A DNA stretch of 64,000 nucleotides, from NCBI GenBank assembly GCA_964016885.1, contig OZ024744.1:32116001-32180000 (forward strand), read 5' to 3'. Made by a program: the position numbers and the translations under genes. This DNA comes from Eledone cirrhosa (lineage: Eukaryota). Shown piece by piece: positions 26,800 to 39,544 of the stretch. Position 1 is the stretch's first letter, and every line of letters starts with the position of its first letter. The notes under the pieces were generated by a model. That model was given only the letters and a program-made list of their open reading frames with translations. It was not told the origin of the DNA and made no database searches.

Positions 26800-29750
26800 T
26801 CGATGGTGGTGTGGCTGTGCCTAGTGATGGTGGTGGCGGCTGTGCTAATGATGCTGATGGCGATGGTGGTGTGGTTGTGCTGGTGATGGTGATGGTGGTG
26901 TGGTTGTGCTAGTGATGGTGATGGTGATAGTGGTGTGGTTGTGCTAGTGATGGTGATGGTGATCTGGTTGTGCTAGTGATGGTGATGGTGATGTGGTTGT
27001 GCTAGTGATGGTGATGGTGATGGTGGGGTGGTCGTGCTAGTGATGGTGATGGTGGTGTGGTTGAGCTAGTGATGGTGATGGTGATGGTGGTGTGGTTGTG
27101 CTAGTGATGGTGATGGTAATGTGGTTGAGCTAGTGATGGTGATGGTGGTGTGGTTGTGCTAGTGATGGTGATGGTGATGGTGGTGTGGTTGTGCTAGTGA
27201 TGGTGATGGTGGTGTGGTTGTGCTAGTGATGGTGAGGGTGATGGTGGTGTGGTGGTGCTAGTGATGGTGATGGTGATGGTGATAGTGATGGTGGTGTGGT
27301 TGTGATGGTGATGGTGATGGTGATGGTGGTGTGGTTGTGATGGTGATGGTGATGGTGGTGTGGCTGTGCCAGTGTTGGTGAGGGTGATGGTGGTGTGGTT
27401 GTGCTAGTGATAGTGATGGTGATGGTGATGGTGATGGTGGTGTGGTTGTGATAGTGATGGTGGTGTGGTTGTGCTAGTGATGGTGATGGTGGTGTGGTTG
27501 TGCTAGTGATGGTGGTGTGGTTGTGCTAATGATAGTGATGGTGATCTGGTTGTGCTAGTGATGGTGATGGTGATGGTGATGTGGCTGTGCTAGTGATGGT
27601 GATGGTGATGGTGGGGGTGGTTGTGCTAGTGATGGTGATGGTGGTGTGGTTGTGCTAGTGATGGTGATGGTGATGTGGTTGTGCTAGTGATGGTGATGGT
27701 GGTGTGGTTGAGCTAGTGATGGTGAAGGTGATGGTGATGGTGGTGTGGTTGTACTAGTGATGGTGATGGTGGTGTGGTTGTGCTAGTGATGGTGATGGTG
27801 ATGGTGGTGTGGTTGTGCTAGTGATGGTGATGGTGTGGTGGTGTGATTGTGCTAGTGATGGTGATGGTGATGGTGGTGTGGTTGTGCTAGTGATGGTGAT
27901 GGTGATGGTGGTGTGGTTGTGCTAGTGATGGTGATGGTGGTGTGGTTGAGCTAGTGATGGTGAAGGTGATGGTGATGGTGGTGGTTGTACTAGTGATGGT
28001 GATGGTGGTGTGGTTGTGCTAGTGATGGTGATGGTGATGGTGGTGTGGTTGTGCTAGTGATGGTGATGGTGGTGTGATTGTGCTAGTGATGGTGATGGTG
28101 ATGGTGGTGTGGTTGTGCTAGTGATGGTGCTAGTGATGGTGATGGTGATGGTGGTGTGGTTGTGCTAGTGATGGTGATGGTGGTGTGGTTGTGCTAGTGA
28201 TGGTGATGGTGATGGTGGTGGTGGTGTGGTTGTGTTAGTGATGGTGATGGTGGTGTGGTTGTGCTAGTGATGGTGATGGTGGTGTGGTTGAGCTAGTGAT
28301 GGTGATGGTGATGGTGGGGTGGTTGTGTTTGTGATGGTGATGGTGGTGTGGTTGTGCTAGTGATGGTGATGGTGGTATGGTTGTGCTAGTGATAGTGATG
28401 GTGATGGAGGTGTGGTTGTGCTAGTGATGGTGATGGTGGTGTGGTTGAGCTAGTGATGGTGATGGTGATGGTGATGGTAGAGTGGTTGAGCTAGTGATGG
28501 TGAGGGTGGTGTGGTTGTGCTAGTGATAGTGATGGTGATGGAGGTGTGGTTGTGCTAGTGATGGTGATGGTGGTGTGGTTGAGCTAGTGATGGTGATGGT
28601 GATGGTAGAGTGGTTGAGCTAGTGATGGTGAGGGTGGTGTGGTTGTGCTAGTGATGGTGATGGTCATGGTGGGGTGGTTGAGCTAGTGATGGTGATGGTG
28701 ATGGTGGGGTGGTTGTGTTAGTGATGGTGATGGTGATGGTGGTGTGGTTGTACTAGTGATGGTGATGGTGATGGTGGTGTGGTTGTGCTAGTGATGGTGA
28801 TGGTGATGGTGGCGTGGTTGTGCTAGTGATGGTGATGGTGATGGTGGTGTGGTTGTGCTAGTAATGGTAATGGTGATGGTGGTGTGTTGTGCTAGTGATG
28901 GTGATGGTGGTGTGGTTGTGCTAGTGATGGTGATGGTGATGGTGGTGTGGTTGTACTAGTGATGGTGATGGTGATGGTGGTGTGGTTGTGCTAGTGATGG
29001 TGATGGTGATGGTGGTGTGGTTGTGCTAGTAATGGTAATGGTGATGGTGGTGTGTTGTGCTAGTGATGGTGATGGTGGTGTGGTTGTGTTAGTGATGGTG
29101 ATGGTGATGGTGGCGTGGTTGTGCTAGTGATGGTGATGGTGATGGTGGTGTGGTTGTGCTAGTGATGGTGGTGGTGTGGTTGTGCTAGTGGTGGTGATGG
29201 TGGTGTGGTTGTGCTAGTGGTGGTGATTGTGGTGTGGTTGTGCTAGTGATGGTGATGGTGATGGTGATGGTGATGGTGGTGTGGTTGTGCTAGTGGCGGT
29301 GATGGTGGTGTGGTTGTGCTAGTGATGGTGATGGTGATGTGCTCGTGCTTGTGATGGTGATGGTGGTGTGGTTGTGCTAGTGGTGGTGATGGTGGTGCTC
29401 GTGCTAGTGGTGGTGATGGTGGTGTGGTGTGCTAGTGATGGTGATGCTGATGTGCTCGTGCTTGTGATGGTGATGGTGGTGTGGTTGTGCTAGTGGTGGT
29501 GATGGTGGTGTGGTTGTGCTAGTGATGGTGATGGTCATATGCTCGTGCTTGTGATGGTGATGGTGGTGTGGTTGTGCTAGTGATGGTGATGGTGATGGTG
29601 GTGTGGTTGTGCTAGTGATGGTGGTGTGGTGTGCTAGTGATGGTGATTGTGATGTGGTTGTGCTAGTGATGGTGATGGTGATGTGCTCGTGCTTGTGATG
29701 GTGATGGTGGCGGTGGTGTGGTTGTGCTTGTGATGGTGATGGTGATGGTG
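26800..29750. repeat. About 3-kb minisatellite, unit GGTGTGGTTGTGCTAGT(GATGGT)1-5, mostly 29 or 35 bp
   Basis: Seen directly, with a strong G/T strand bias. Confidence 0.97.
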
Positions 29751-30099
29751 ACGATTATAAAACCAAAAAATTACAAAATGATGAATAAATATATAATGAG
29801 AAAAATAAACAATGAAAGAAAAGAAAAAAGTAAACAAAACAGACATATAAATGAAAGAAGGAAAGAAAGGAGAAAATAACGAGAAAGACTATATAAATAT
29901 GAAAATAAAAACTAAAGACGCAAGGGTTTATTTCGTGCCCCCTACTGAGTGACAAAAAAAGAATTACCTAAAAAAGAACGAAGTAAAAACATAAAGGAAA
30001 GATAAATATAAATAACAAAAAGAATTATAATGCAATACATATAATAGGGAGAAATAATTACAAAAATGAAACTATAATATATGTATATATATATGTATG

Positions 30100-30160
<61 letters not shown>

Positions 30161-30212
30161 ATGCATGTATATGTGCGTGTGTGTGCGTAACTGTATGTAT
30201 GTATATATTTAT

Positions 30213-30292
<80 letters not shown>

Positions 30293-30356
30293 TATGCATG
30301 AATACGTATATCTAAATGAGTGATGTATATCTGCTATTTATCTATCTATCAATCTA

Positions 30357-30391
<35 letters not shown>

Positions 30392-30739
30392 TGTGTGTGT
30401 GTGTGAGAGAGAGTGAGAGAGAGAGAGAGCGGGGGTTAGACACAGGGGCAGAGCAGAGTGTGATTTGAAAAGCGCGGCAGCCATTATGAAGATGTAAAGA
30501 TAAAGATTATAAGAAAGAGATACACTGGTCGAATAGCTTGGCATGGTATTATATATACATATATATGTGTGTGTGTGTGTGTGTGTACAAGGTGTCCCAG
30601 AATAATGTATTCACACTTCAACAGCTTCCTAATAAATATTGCCTGTACAGGTAATTGAAATATGTATACATTTTTGGGAAACACCTTGTATATAAGTTTA
30701 GCCGGAAATATGTTAATAGAAAAGAAAGTCAAATGATAC

Positions 30740-30905
30740 CATACAACACACATACACACAGCCAGACACACATACACACAGCTACACTCATACACACAGC
30801 TACACACATATATACACAGCTACACACATACACACAGCTACACACACATACAGCTACACACATACACACAGCTACACACATACACAGCTACACACATACA
30901 CACAG

Positions 30906-30967
<62 letters not shown>

Positions 30968-32250
30968 CTATACACAGCTATACACATCTACACACAGCTA
31001 CATACGTACACACAGCTACACACATACACACAGCTACACACAGCTACACACATACACACATACACATAGCTACACACACATACACACAGCTACACACATA
31101 CACACAGCTACACACATACACACAGCTACAAATGTACACACAGCTACACACATACACACACGTACACAGCTACACACATACACATAGCTACACACACATA
31201 CACACAGCTACACACATACACACAGCTATACATATACAACACAGCTACACACATACACACAGCTACACACATACACATAGCTACACACACACACACACAT
31301 ACACAGCTACACACATACACACAGCTACACACATACACACAACTACACACATACACACAGCTACAAATGTACACACAGCTACACACATACACACACGTAC
31401 ATACGTACACACACGTACACGTATACACACATGTACACACATACACACACGTACACACATACACTCACGTACAAATATGCATACACGTACACACATACAC
31501 AGACGTACACATATACACACATGTACACATATACACATACGTACACATAAACACATGTACATACATACACATACACACATGTACATACATACACAAGCAT
31601 ACACATATACATATGTACACACGTACACACACATGTGCGTGCGAACAAATAGCCACACATATACATACACAGACACGTACAAATGGCACATATATTCATA
31701 TACATACATGAATGTGTGCCCATTTGTACGTGTCTGTGTATGTAAAATGTGTGGCTATTTGTTCGCACGCACATGTGTGTGTACGTGTGTACATATGTAT
31801 ATGTGTATGCTTTTGTATGTATGTACATGTGTTAATGTGTACGTGTATGTATGTGTGTACATGTGTGCATATGTGTACGTGTGTATACGTGTGTACGTGT
31901 TTGTATGTGTGTAGATGTGTGTACATTTGTAGCTGTGTGTGTGTGTAGTTGTGTGTATGTGTGTAGCTGTGTGTACAAATGACACGTACACATTGGCACA
32001 CATATTCATATACATACACAGACTCGTACAAATACAAACACTTTCATGCACCAACACATACCCCTCCCCTACACACACACACAAACACGTTCATACACAT
32101 TCACCCGCCGCCCGCAGAAAGACATACTTTCATGCATACACAGATACGCACTAATGGACATACACGTATTCATACACATACACATACACACACACGCACA
32201 CGCAAAAATGCAAACGTATTTATACATACACACAGACACACATATGTACA
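30740..32250. repeat. CA-rich minisatellite (CACAGCTACACACATACA-like unit) with an internal inverted duplication
   Basis: About 31712-31975 is the reverse complement of the preceding repeat. The apex is at about 31705. Confidence 0.85.
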
Positions 32251-32549
32251 AATAGGCAAACACGTGTGTGGTTAAGAAGTTCGCTTTGCAACCACTTGTT
32301 TCTTATATCGCCTCCCAAGATTGGTACCATGGCTATTTGTCTTCTATTCTAGCGTCAGTTTGTCCCCATATTTCATCAAACTTCAGACTCTATTAAAATA
32401 TACAAACCCTACTATAGGTATTGAATACTATTTCTTCGTTTGTATATTTAAGACAGTCATTGAACGATGAATATTTGTATATTTGTAGGTATGTTTGAGA
32501 TGATGATTGGCACTATTCTCCGGGAGTAGGAAGCGGTAACAAGAGCAAA

Positions 32550-33205
32550 ATTTAACTATGAAAAGTCGATGGGCCTGCAGCTCGTCGGTACCTGAAGAGA
32601 AAAGTCCAAAAGCGTCATCGGGCGCTTGACGGACGGATCGGTTAAATCTTTAAGTGTCTGGTTTGGTTCAGACCTGTAGATAGATAGATAGAAATTGGGA
32701 CGAGGTAACGGGAAGCGTGGCCTCTCATACCCATAAATGGGCCGAGAGCAAGCTATTCCCGAATAATGTGATTTGTCTTGGTTCACGTCTGAGTGCACGG
32801 AGGCGTTTGTTCTTTTGCTTTTTGTGAAAGGGACCTGTTCTGATGGTCAGGTGGTCCATTTGCTGTGTGGAAAACTGGGCATGCCGTGGCTGATGTGCAA
32901 CTTTCAATCTTTCCTTCAATCTTAGGTGTGGTCGCCGTTCGCTAGACACGTTTTCACCCATCTCGTCTCCTTGATGGAGCTGCAATCATGGATCAAGCGA
33001 AGGCCGTCAGGGAGTGCTTACAATATGGAATGTTTTTAGGCGCTCACAGCCCTCAGCTAATCGGGCAGTGCGACCAGTGGAAACTCCAGATTGGCTTTCA
33101 ATAGGGGGTTAGTGGCGGGTAAAAGCGGCGACGTTTTTGGGAGCCTCTTGGCGTCGATGATAATCAACTGGCCACACTTTTCCGGAGAGCTTTAGGTTCA
33201 GGGCT
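32550..33205 (+). pseudogene. Old degenerate fragment of the same Tx1-like ORF2
   Basis: NYEKSMGLQL-GT...GRLTDGSVK...VWFGSDL...KWAESKL... corresponds to NQEKSVGLQLGTW...GRWTDGPVKLLGVWFGPDL in the intact copies. Confidence 0.8.
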
Positions 33206-34369
33206 ACCGGGGAGCATTGCTAGTCCAAGATAAACTCTGCAGACACGGAAGAGCCATCAAACGCAGGGTAATAAAATCGAATGTTTCTCGTATCGTAAAT
33301 CCCAGTTTCGCACCCCCAATTATTCAAAAGATTTGAGTAGTAGCGCAGTAGGATAATATCGATGAAAAGTATTCGCAAACACTTCGAAATATGATTAATC
33401 ACCTAAATGTGATTGGTTGCCAAAACACGTCATTTATTTATCAATTCAATTGTTATTCATTTGTAAAATTACGTATTCATATCGAAAAATCTCGTGAAAT
33501 TTTCATATCAGGTGTGTTGGAACTCCATCAGTTCCGACGACTAATCGTCCAGTTGTTCGAACAATGAACAAATCCTACTTGTGAAAATAATGGGCATGTA
33601 GCTAAGAATTTAACCGATACACGCATCTTTACTTTAATTCTTACGGAGATTCATTGTGACACAATGTGTTATCAGGCCGGTTCTTTGAATTACAAGTATA
33701 ACAGGTGGGTGTCTTGGAGGACATAAAATAAAGTGTCTTGTTCAAAAACACGACACACCGACAAGAATCAAACTCACGATTTTACCATCGTGTGCTGAAA
33801 ACCTTAACCTGTATGTTTCACGCATTCACTGTCTTTAGTATCATACGTGCAAATATATGTATGTATAGTCTTGAAACTCCTGATAGCGTCGTAAAGGCGC
33901 CGTATTGACATACCGCGTTTCTTGAGCATTTTAAGTCTGGCGGAGCCTATCCCTCACTAGGTTTGAGCACATCGGATTTCTTCAAGAGAGAGGAAGAATC
34001 GACTTCAGTAGTAGACTGGTACTTTTTAATCAAAAGGATGAAAGGCACAGTTTACCTCGGCAGGATTTCAACTCAGAGAACAGAGATCCGGGACGAATAC
34101 CATAAAGTTTTCTATCTGATGCTCTAACGACTCTGACAATTCGCCGCTTGTGTAAACACATAGAAGCAAGTAAAGTTTCTATTGTTAATGAAATGTTCAT
34201 GAGTATCTGTGTTTTCTTCGTTGTAAGACCATAGATATGGCAAATCCATTACTTGGGAAATATAGTATTTTAACTTGTCGGCAACGCCTGATAGTCATAT
34301 TTTGAAACATTGTCACTGTATATAAACGAGATTTTAAACAGTAGGTCTCTTTTCGCGGAGATGAATACC

Positions 34370-34790
<421 letters not shown>

Positions 34791-34898
34791 GTTTGGAGTT
34801 AGAAGGTGAGAACAATGCAGGTAAGGATATGGAATATAAATACAAATGCAAAAGATATTGCTAACAATTAGTCATTTACATTAAATTTAATTGAATAT

Positions 34899-34933
34899 CC
34901 TTAATTTTCGAGACAATATCTCTTCTTCAGAGG
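34899..34933 (-). ncRNA. Minimal hammerhead motif
   Basis: CCT-CTGAAGA-AGAGA-TATTG-TCTC-GAAA-ATT-A-AGG, with a loopless palindromic AATT stem III. Confidence 0.55.
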
Positions 34934-35164
34934 GAAGTAAAGGGGTTAATCCAGTATATATATAATGGTACAGCAAGTGTTGCGAAAAGAAGTGACAAAT
35001 TAGAGACGATGAATCAAATACAAAATATGAACTCATAATTTGTACTTATTGTCGTAGAAGTCATATGCATTTGCATATATGTTATTATGCTGTGAATACA
35101 CACACGCACGCACATACACACACGCGCGCGCACACACACGCACACACATATATATGTATATATA

Positions 35165-35250
<86 letters not shown>

Positions 35251-35385
35251 GTATATATATATTTATTAAAATAACATATTAAAGTTTAGGAACGTTTTCA
35301 CGAACCAAAGTATCGTCTTCCTGTCATCCTCCGGTTGATACGTTTTTTGAAATATTCACTCCTGCGTTCACAGATTGCCTTTGTT

Positions 35386-35436
35386 AGTTTCAGAAGATCC
35401 CGTTAAGGGTGAAAGCAACGATTCTTTGCTTAAACT
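35386..35436 (+). ncRNA. Hammerhead-like motif with a variant core (CAGAAGA)
   Basis: AGTTT-CAGAAGA-TCCC-GTTAA-GGGT-GAAA-GCAA-CGATTCT-TTGC-T-T-AAACT, with AATAAA downstream. Confidence 0.55.
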
Positions 35437-35736
35437 TTAATCTGTTATTTTAATAAATCTTTGCTCTACGGCTCTTATATATTTGATATATATTTATCCT
35501 TATCGAGCCCTCTTTGGATTTGAGTCTTCACATTTATTATTATTACTATATATATATAAGTCCAAAGAATCATTAGTATGTATATACCCTTTAAATTATA
35601 TATATATATATATATAATATATATATATATATGTATGTATGTGCATATATATATATATATATATGTTTGCATGTAAACACACACACATGTGTGTGTGTTT
35701 ATGACGACTATGTATATTTACATAATTGTATGTATG

Positions 35737-35777
<41 letters not shown>

Positions 35778-36105
35778 CCCTATAGGCAGTCATCTACGAA
35801 CATCACAGTGACTAGAAAGCGAGAACATAAAAATATACAATCTAAACCTTTGAAACAACAATATTGTGATGTAGGATTTGATGCATCTCAGTTGTCACAT
35901 GTTTTCCTGTTTTGACAATTGTTATCACACTATTTTACTACATTCTACATGTCTCTCTGTTTGGCTGTCTGCCTGCCTCTCTTTCTGCACGTCTGTCTAT
36001 ATGTCTGGCTGTATGTATATATGTATGCATGTATGTATGTTTGTATATACATATCTATTTAACTATATATGTATGTATGTTTGCAGACACGTACGTATAT
36101 ATACA

Positions 36106-36208
<103 letters not shown>

Positions 36209-36335
36209 TTAGGGTAAATATTGATGCAATTCAAATCAAGCACTCAACGTACTTATTCCACATAGGAGTGACGGAGTAAATATCGAATAAGGAAAAGCGA
36301 AGTAGGTTCAGATGTTCAAGTCCTTTAATAATAAT

Positions 36336-36409
36336 GCTGTGATATATATTTCAATGACGACACTGACCACACTGTTCTGTGTGCGAGTGTCGTGACATCA
36401 TCAGACAGC
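36336..36409 (-). ncRNA. Type-I hammerhead motif (left arm)
   Basis: GCTGT-CTGATGA-stem II (ACGACACT/AGTGTCGT)-GAAA-TATATA-T-C-ACAGC. Confidence 0.72.
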
Positions 36410-37151
36410 TTGTTACATAATAAGGTTATGTTTCCGAGATAATCCAAATTGAATCGACATGGGAACGGACAAAGTGTGTGCTTTTGGGTTCTTCATCCGT
36501 TCCCCTGTGAGTACCAATTCACCCCCACCAGTCTGCGCAGGCACAGGTCCAGAGGAAGTTGACCATTAGCTACCGCAGATTTCAACGAAATTTGCTTAGT
36601 CAGTTCCCCCTCTCAGCCAAACAATGACCCATTCAGGCCTGTGCCATAGTTTACTGCTACCCATCCTGACTGTGGCAGTCAGCCGAAAGCCAGAGGTGAT
36701 GGGAGAGTGTTATTATTTATAGGTCCCAATACTACCTCACACCAAGCATGGACAGTACAACATGATACCTATAATTAAGTATATTTTCTCTTAGGTGTTG
36801 ATGGTCAGTTGTACTGTCCATGCTTGTAGTATTGGGACCTGTAAATACTAACACTCTACCATCCCCACTGGCTTTCGGCTGACTGCCACATACGGGATGG
36901 GTAGCAGTAAACTATGGCACAGGTCTGAATGGGTCATTGTTTGGCTGAGAGGGGGAACTGACTAAGCGAATTTCGTTGAAATCTGCGGTAGCTAATGGTC
37001 AACTTCCTCTGGACCTGCGCCTGCGCAGACCGGTGGGGGTGAATTGGTACTCACAGGGGAACGGATGAAGAACCCAAAAGCACACACTTCGTCCGTTGCC
37101 ATGTCGATTCAATTTGGATTGCCTCGGAAACATAACCTTATTATGTAACAA

Positions 37152-37225
37152 GCTGTCTGACGATGTCGCAACACTGGCACATAGAACAGTGTGGTCACTG
37201 TCGCCATTGAAATATATATCACAGC
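37152..37225 (+). ncRNA. Type-I hammerhead motif (right arm)
   Basis: GCTGT-CTGACGA-...-GAAA-TATATA-T-C-ACAGC. Stem II is more decayed than in the left arm. Confidence 0.62.
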
Positions 37226-37281
37226 ATTATTAAAAGACTTGAACATCTGAAACTACTTCGCTTTTCCTTATTCTCTCTCTC

Positions 37282-37403
<122 letters not shown>

Positions 37404-37453
37404 TAATGAAATGACAGGAGGCTGGATTTGTGTAAATCCTTGAAAGGTTTATT

Positions 37454-37511
37454 ATACTATGATCATTTCAATGACCGGGTTCCGTATGAATCCGGTGATA
37501 TCATCAGGTAT
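37454..37511 (-). ncRNA. Type-I hammerhead motif, intact core
   Basis: ATAC-CTGATGA-TATCACCGGATTC-ATAC-GGAACCCGGTCATT-GAAA-TGATCA-T-A-GTAT. Confidence 0.75.
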
Positions 37512-37696
37512 TCGAAATATAATACGTGAATGTAATAGGTAAAATCCATGGGGCTGAAAATCGAGACCCGAGGGCGACCGCTATTCTGTTCCTTCAACCT
37601 CAGCCGGTCGCCCTGGAGTGACGTGGCTAAATTTTATAGTATGCTACTACCGGTCAGATAAACGAAAACAGAAAGGGATGGGAGCATAAGTTAACG

Positions 37697-37764
<68 letters not shown>

Positions 37765-37784
37765 TACGAAACAAGGAAATGCTA

Positions 37785-38008
37785 CGGAGAGCCGAGTTGT
37801 GGTCGCTGCAGCCTGCCTAGCCATATTCTGCGCCTGCCCAACGAACAACACTAAAAAACAGCCATGAACTGGACTCCACCTCGCGCAAAATGGAAGCGGG
37901 GTTGCCCCAAGATCAACTGGCGACGAACGTTCCAAAGAGACCTGATGGCAGCCAACATCACTTGGCACGGGCGCGAAAAAGCAGCCGCTGATCGTGACCG
38001 CTGGCGAT
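37785..38008 (+). pseudogene. RTE-clade LINE extreme 3' coding fragment followed by (ATCT)n
   Basis: KTAMNWTPPRAKWKRGCPKINWRRTFQRDL...W...AAADRDRWRS. Confidence 0.75.
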
Positions 38009-38011
38009 CTA

Positions 38012-38093
<82 letters not shown>

Positions 38094-38699
38094 AAATAAT
38101 GGATAGATATCCAATAATTTCGATCTCGTTGTTTACAATTTGTTCAACAAATTCCTTTAGAGCATACATATAGGATTGATTGTAATGCAACATTGCCAGC
38201 CAGAAACCTAAACTACGAAATCAGTGTATTTATTTTATCGACAGATTAACATATGAAAACGTGAAAGTACTCACAATTTCATCACGTGAAACAGCCAGTA
38301 TCCATCTTGTTGAGAAACTCCCAAATCCGCCGGTATACAAATATCCACCTTTAAGCTGGTATTGTTTCAAATTCGGCGGAGGATCCACTGGTCATCAATT
38401 AATAATAAATCCATAACCAGCAAATACCAAACAATGGAATTCTAATTGGCCAGCAGTCAGTCTGTGTGTTTTTGTACATTGTGGATTGTCGAAGAAGAAA
38501 ACTCTTCTTCTAATTCACTTGACAAACTGGATAAAAAAGACTTTAGTTTAAAACCTTGATCAGGAGTACGGATGAGAGATTGAGAGAAATATAGATTCAG
38601 AAAAAGGGGGCTAGAGGTTTCGCAGCTTTTTTTAATCATACAAGGGTTTCGTGACAAAGTAATTTTAAGAACTCCTGGATTAGAAGTTTTATTGTTGGC

Positions 38700-38996
38700 T
38701 TAGGTTAACTTTGGCTTTCATCCTTACGGGGTCGATAAAATAAAGTACCAGTAATACACTGGAGTAATTGCTGGCCTTATGCCAAATGTAGAAACAATTA
38801 TTGGCTATAGTTATTAATTGTTTCTACTTTTGGCACAAACCCAGTGCATTACTGGTACTTTATTTTATCGACTACGTAAGGATAAAAGGCAAAGTTAACC
38901 TCGACAGGTTTTGAACTCACCCCGTAAAAGGGTATAACTCTATGCTGCAAAGCATGGCGTCCGACCCTCTACCGATGCTGCTAATCCACCGCCCTA
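38700..38996. mobile_element. Tail-to-tail SINE pair (partial plus copy about 38700-38800; minus copy about 38815-38996)
   Basis: The same SINE body is present in both orientations. Confidence 0.8.
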
Positions 38997-39165
38997 TTGT
39001 TATTAATACTGGCACATTACATTTGTTATTCTTATCAACTCTGATTCATAAGAGATTGTTTTACAGACGTAATAAGCAATATTCGGGTTTACATCAAGCT
39101 TTCACAAAGCTGAATTTGTAGATTATGCACCCCCTACACATACACACACACATGCCCCCCCCCCC

Positions 39166-39279
<114 letters not shown>

Positions 39280-39359
39280 GTAAAACGAAATAACAACACA
39301 ATCGGTACAGCATATGGCAAGAATATATTAGGTTAACGGTTGAAATGGCAAGAAGAGGG

Positions 39360-39395
39360 TCTTAACGTTTCGGACGCTAGTCCTTCATCAGAAGA
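39360..39395 (-). ncRNA. Minimal (36-nt) hammerhead with a palindromic ACGT stem III
   Basis: TCTT-CTGATGA-AGGAC-TAGC-GTCC-GAAAC-GT-T-AAGA. Confidence 0.8.
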
Positions 39396-39507
39396 AAGAA
39401 TGAGAAATAAGATAGATTGAAGGGACGGCAGGGTGGAATTGGAAAAAATGTCTTTAGATAAAAATAACAGGTCCATTCATGTTGACATCTCTTATATAAT
39501 AATAATA

Positions 39508-39543
<36 letters not shown>

Positions 39544-39544
<1 letters not shown>

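Noticed and set aside
26800-29750. Possible CRISPR array or telomeric repeat
   Set aside because: There are no unique spacers, no cas genes and the context is eukaryotic. The unit is not TTAGGG-like.
30655-31914. 419-aa His/Thr-rich ORF
   Set aside because: It is a stop-free reading of a CA-rich minisatellite and its inverted copy.
38150-38210. FWLAMLH..INPI..YALKEF resemblance to a GPCR TM7 NPxxY region
   Set aside because: It needs two frameshifts in about 40 nt, and no upstream transmembrane helices are visible.
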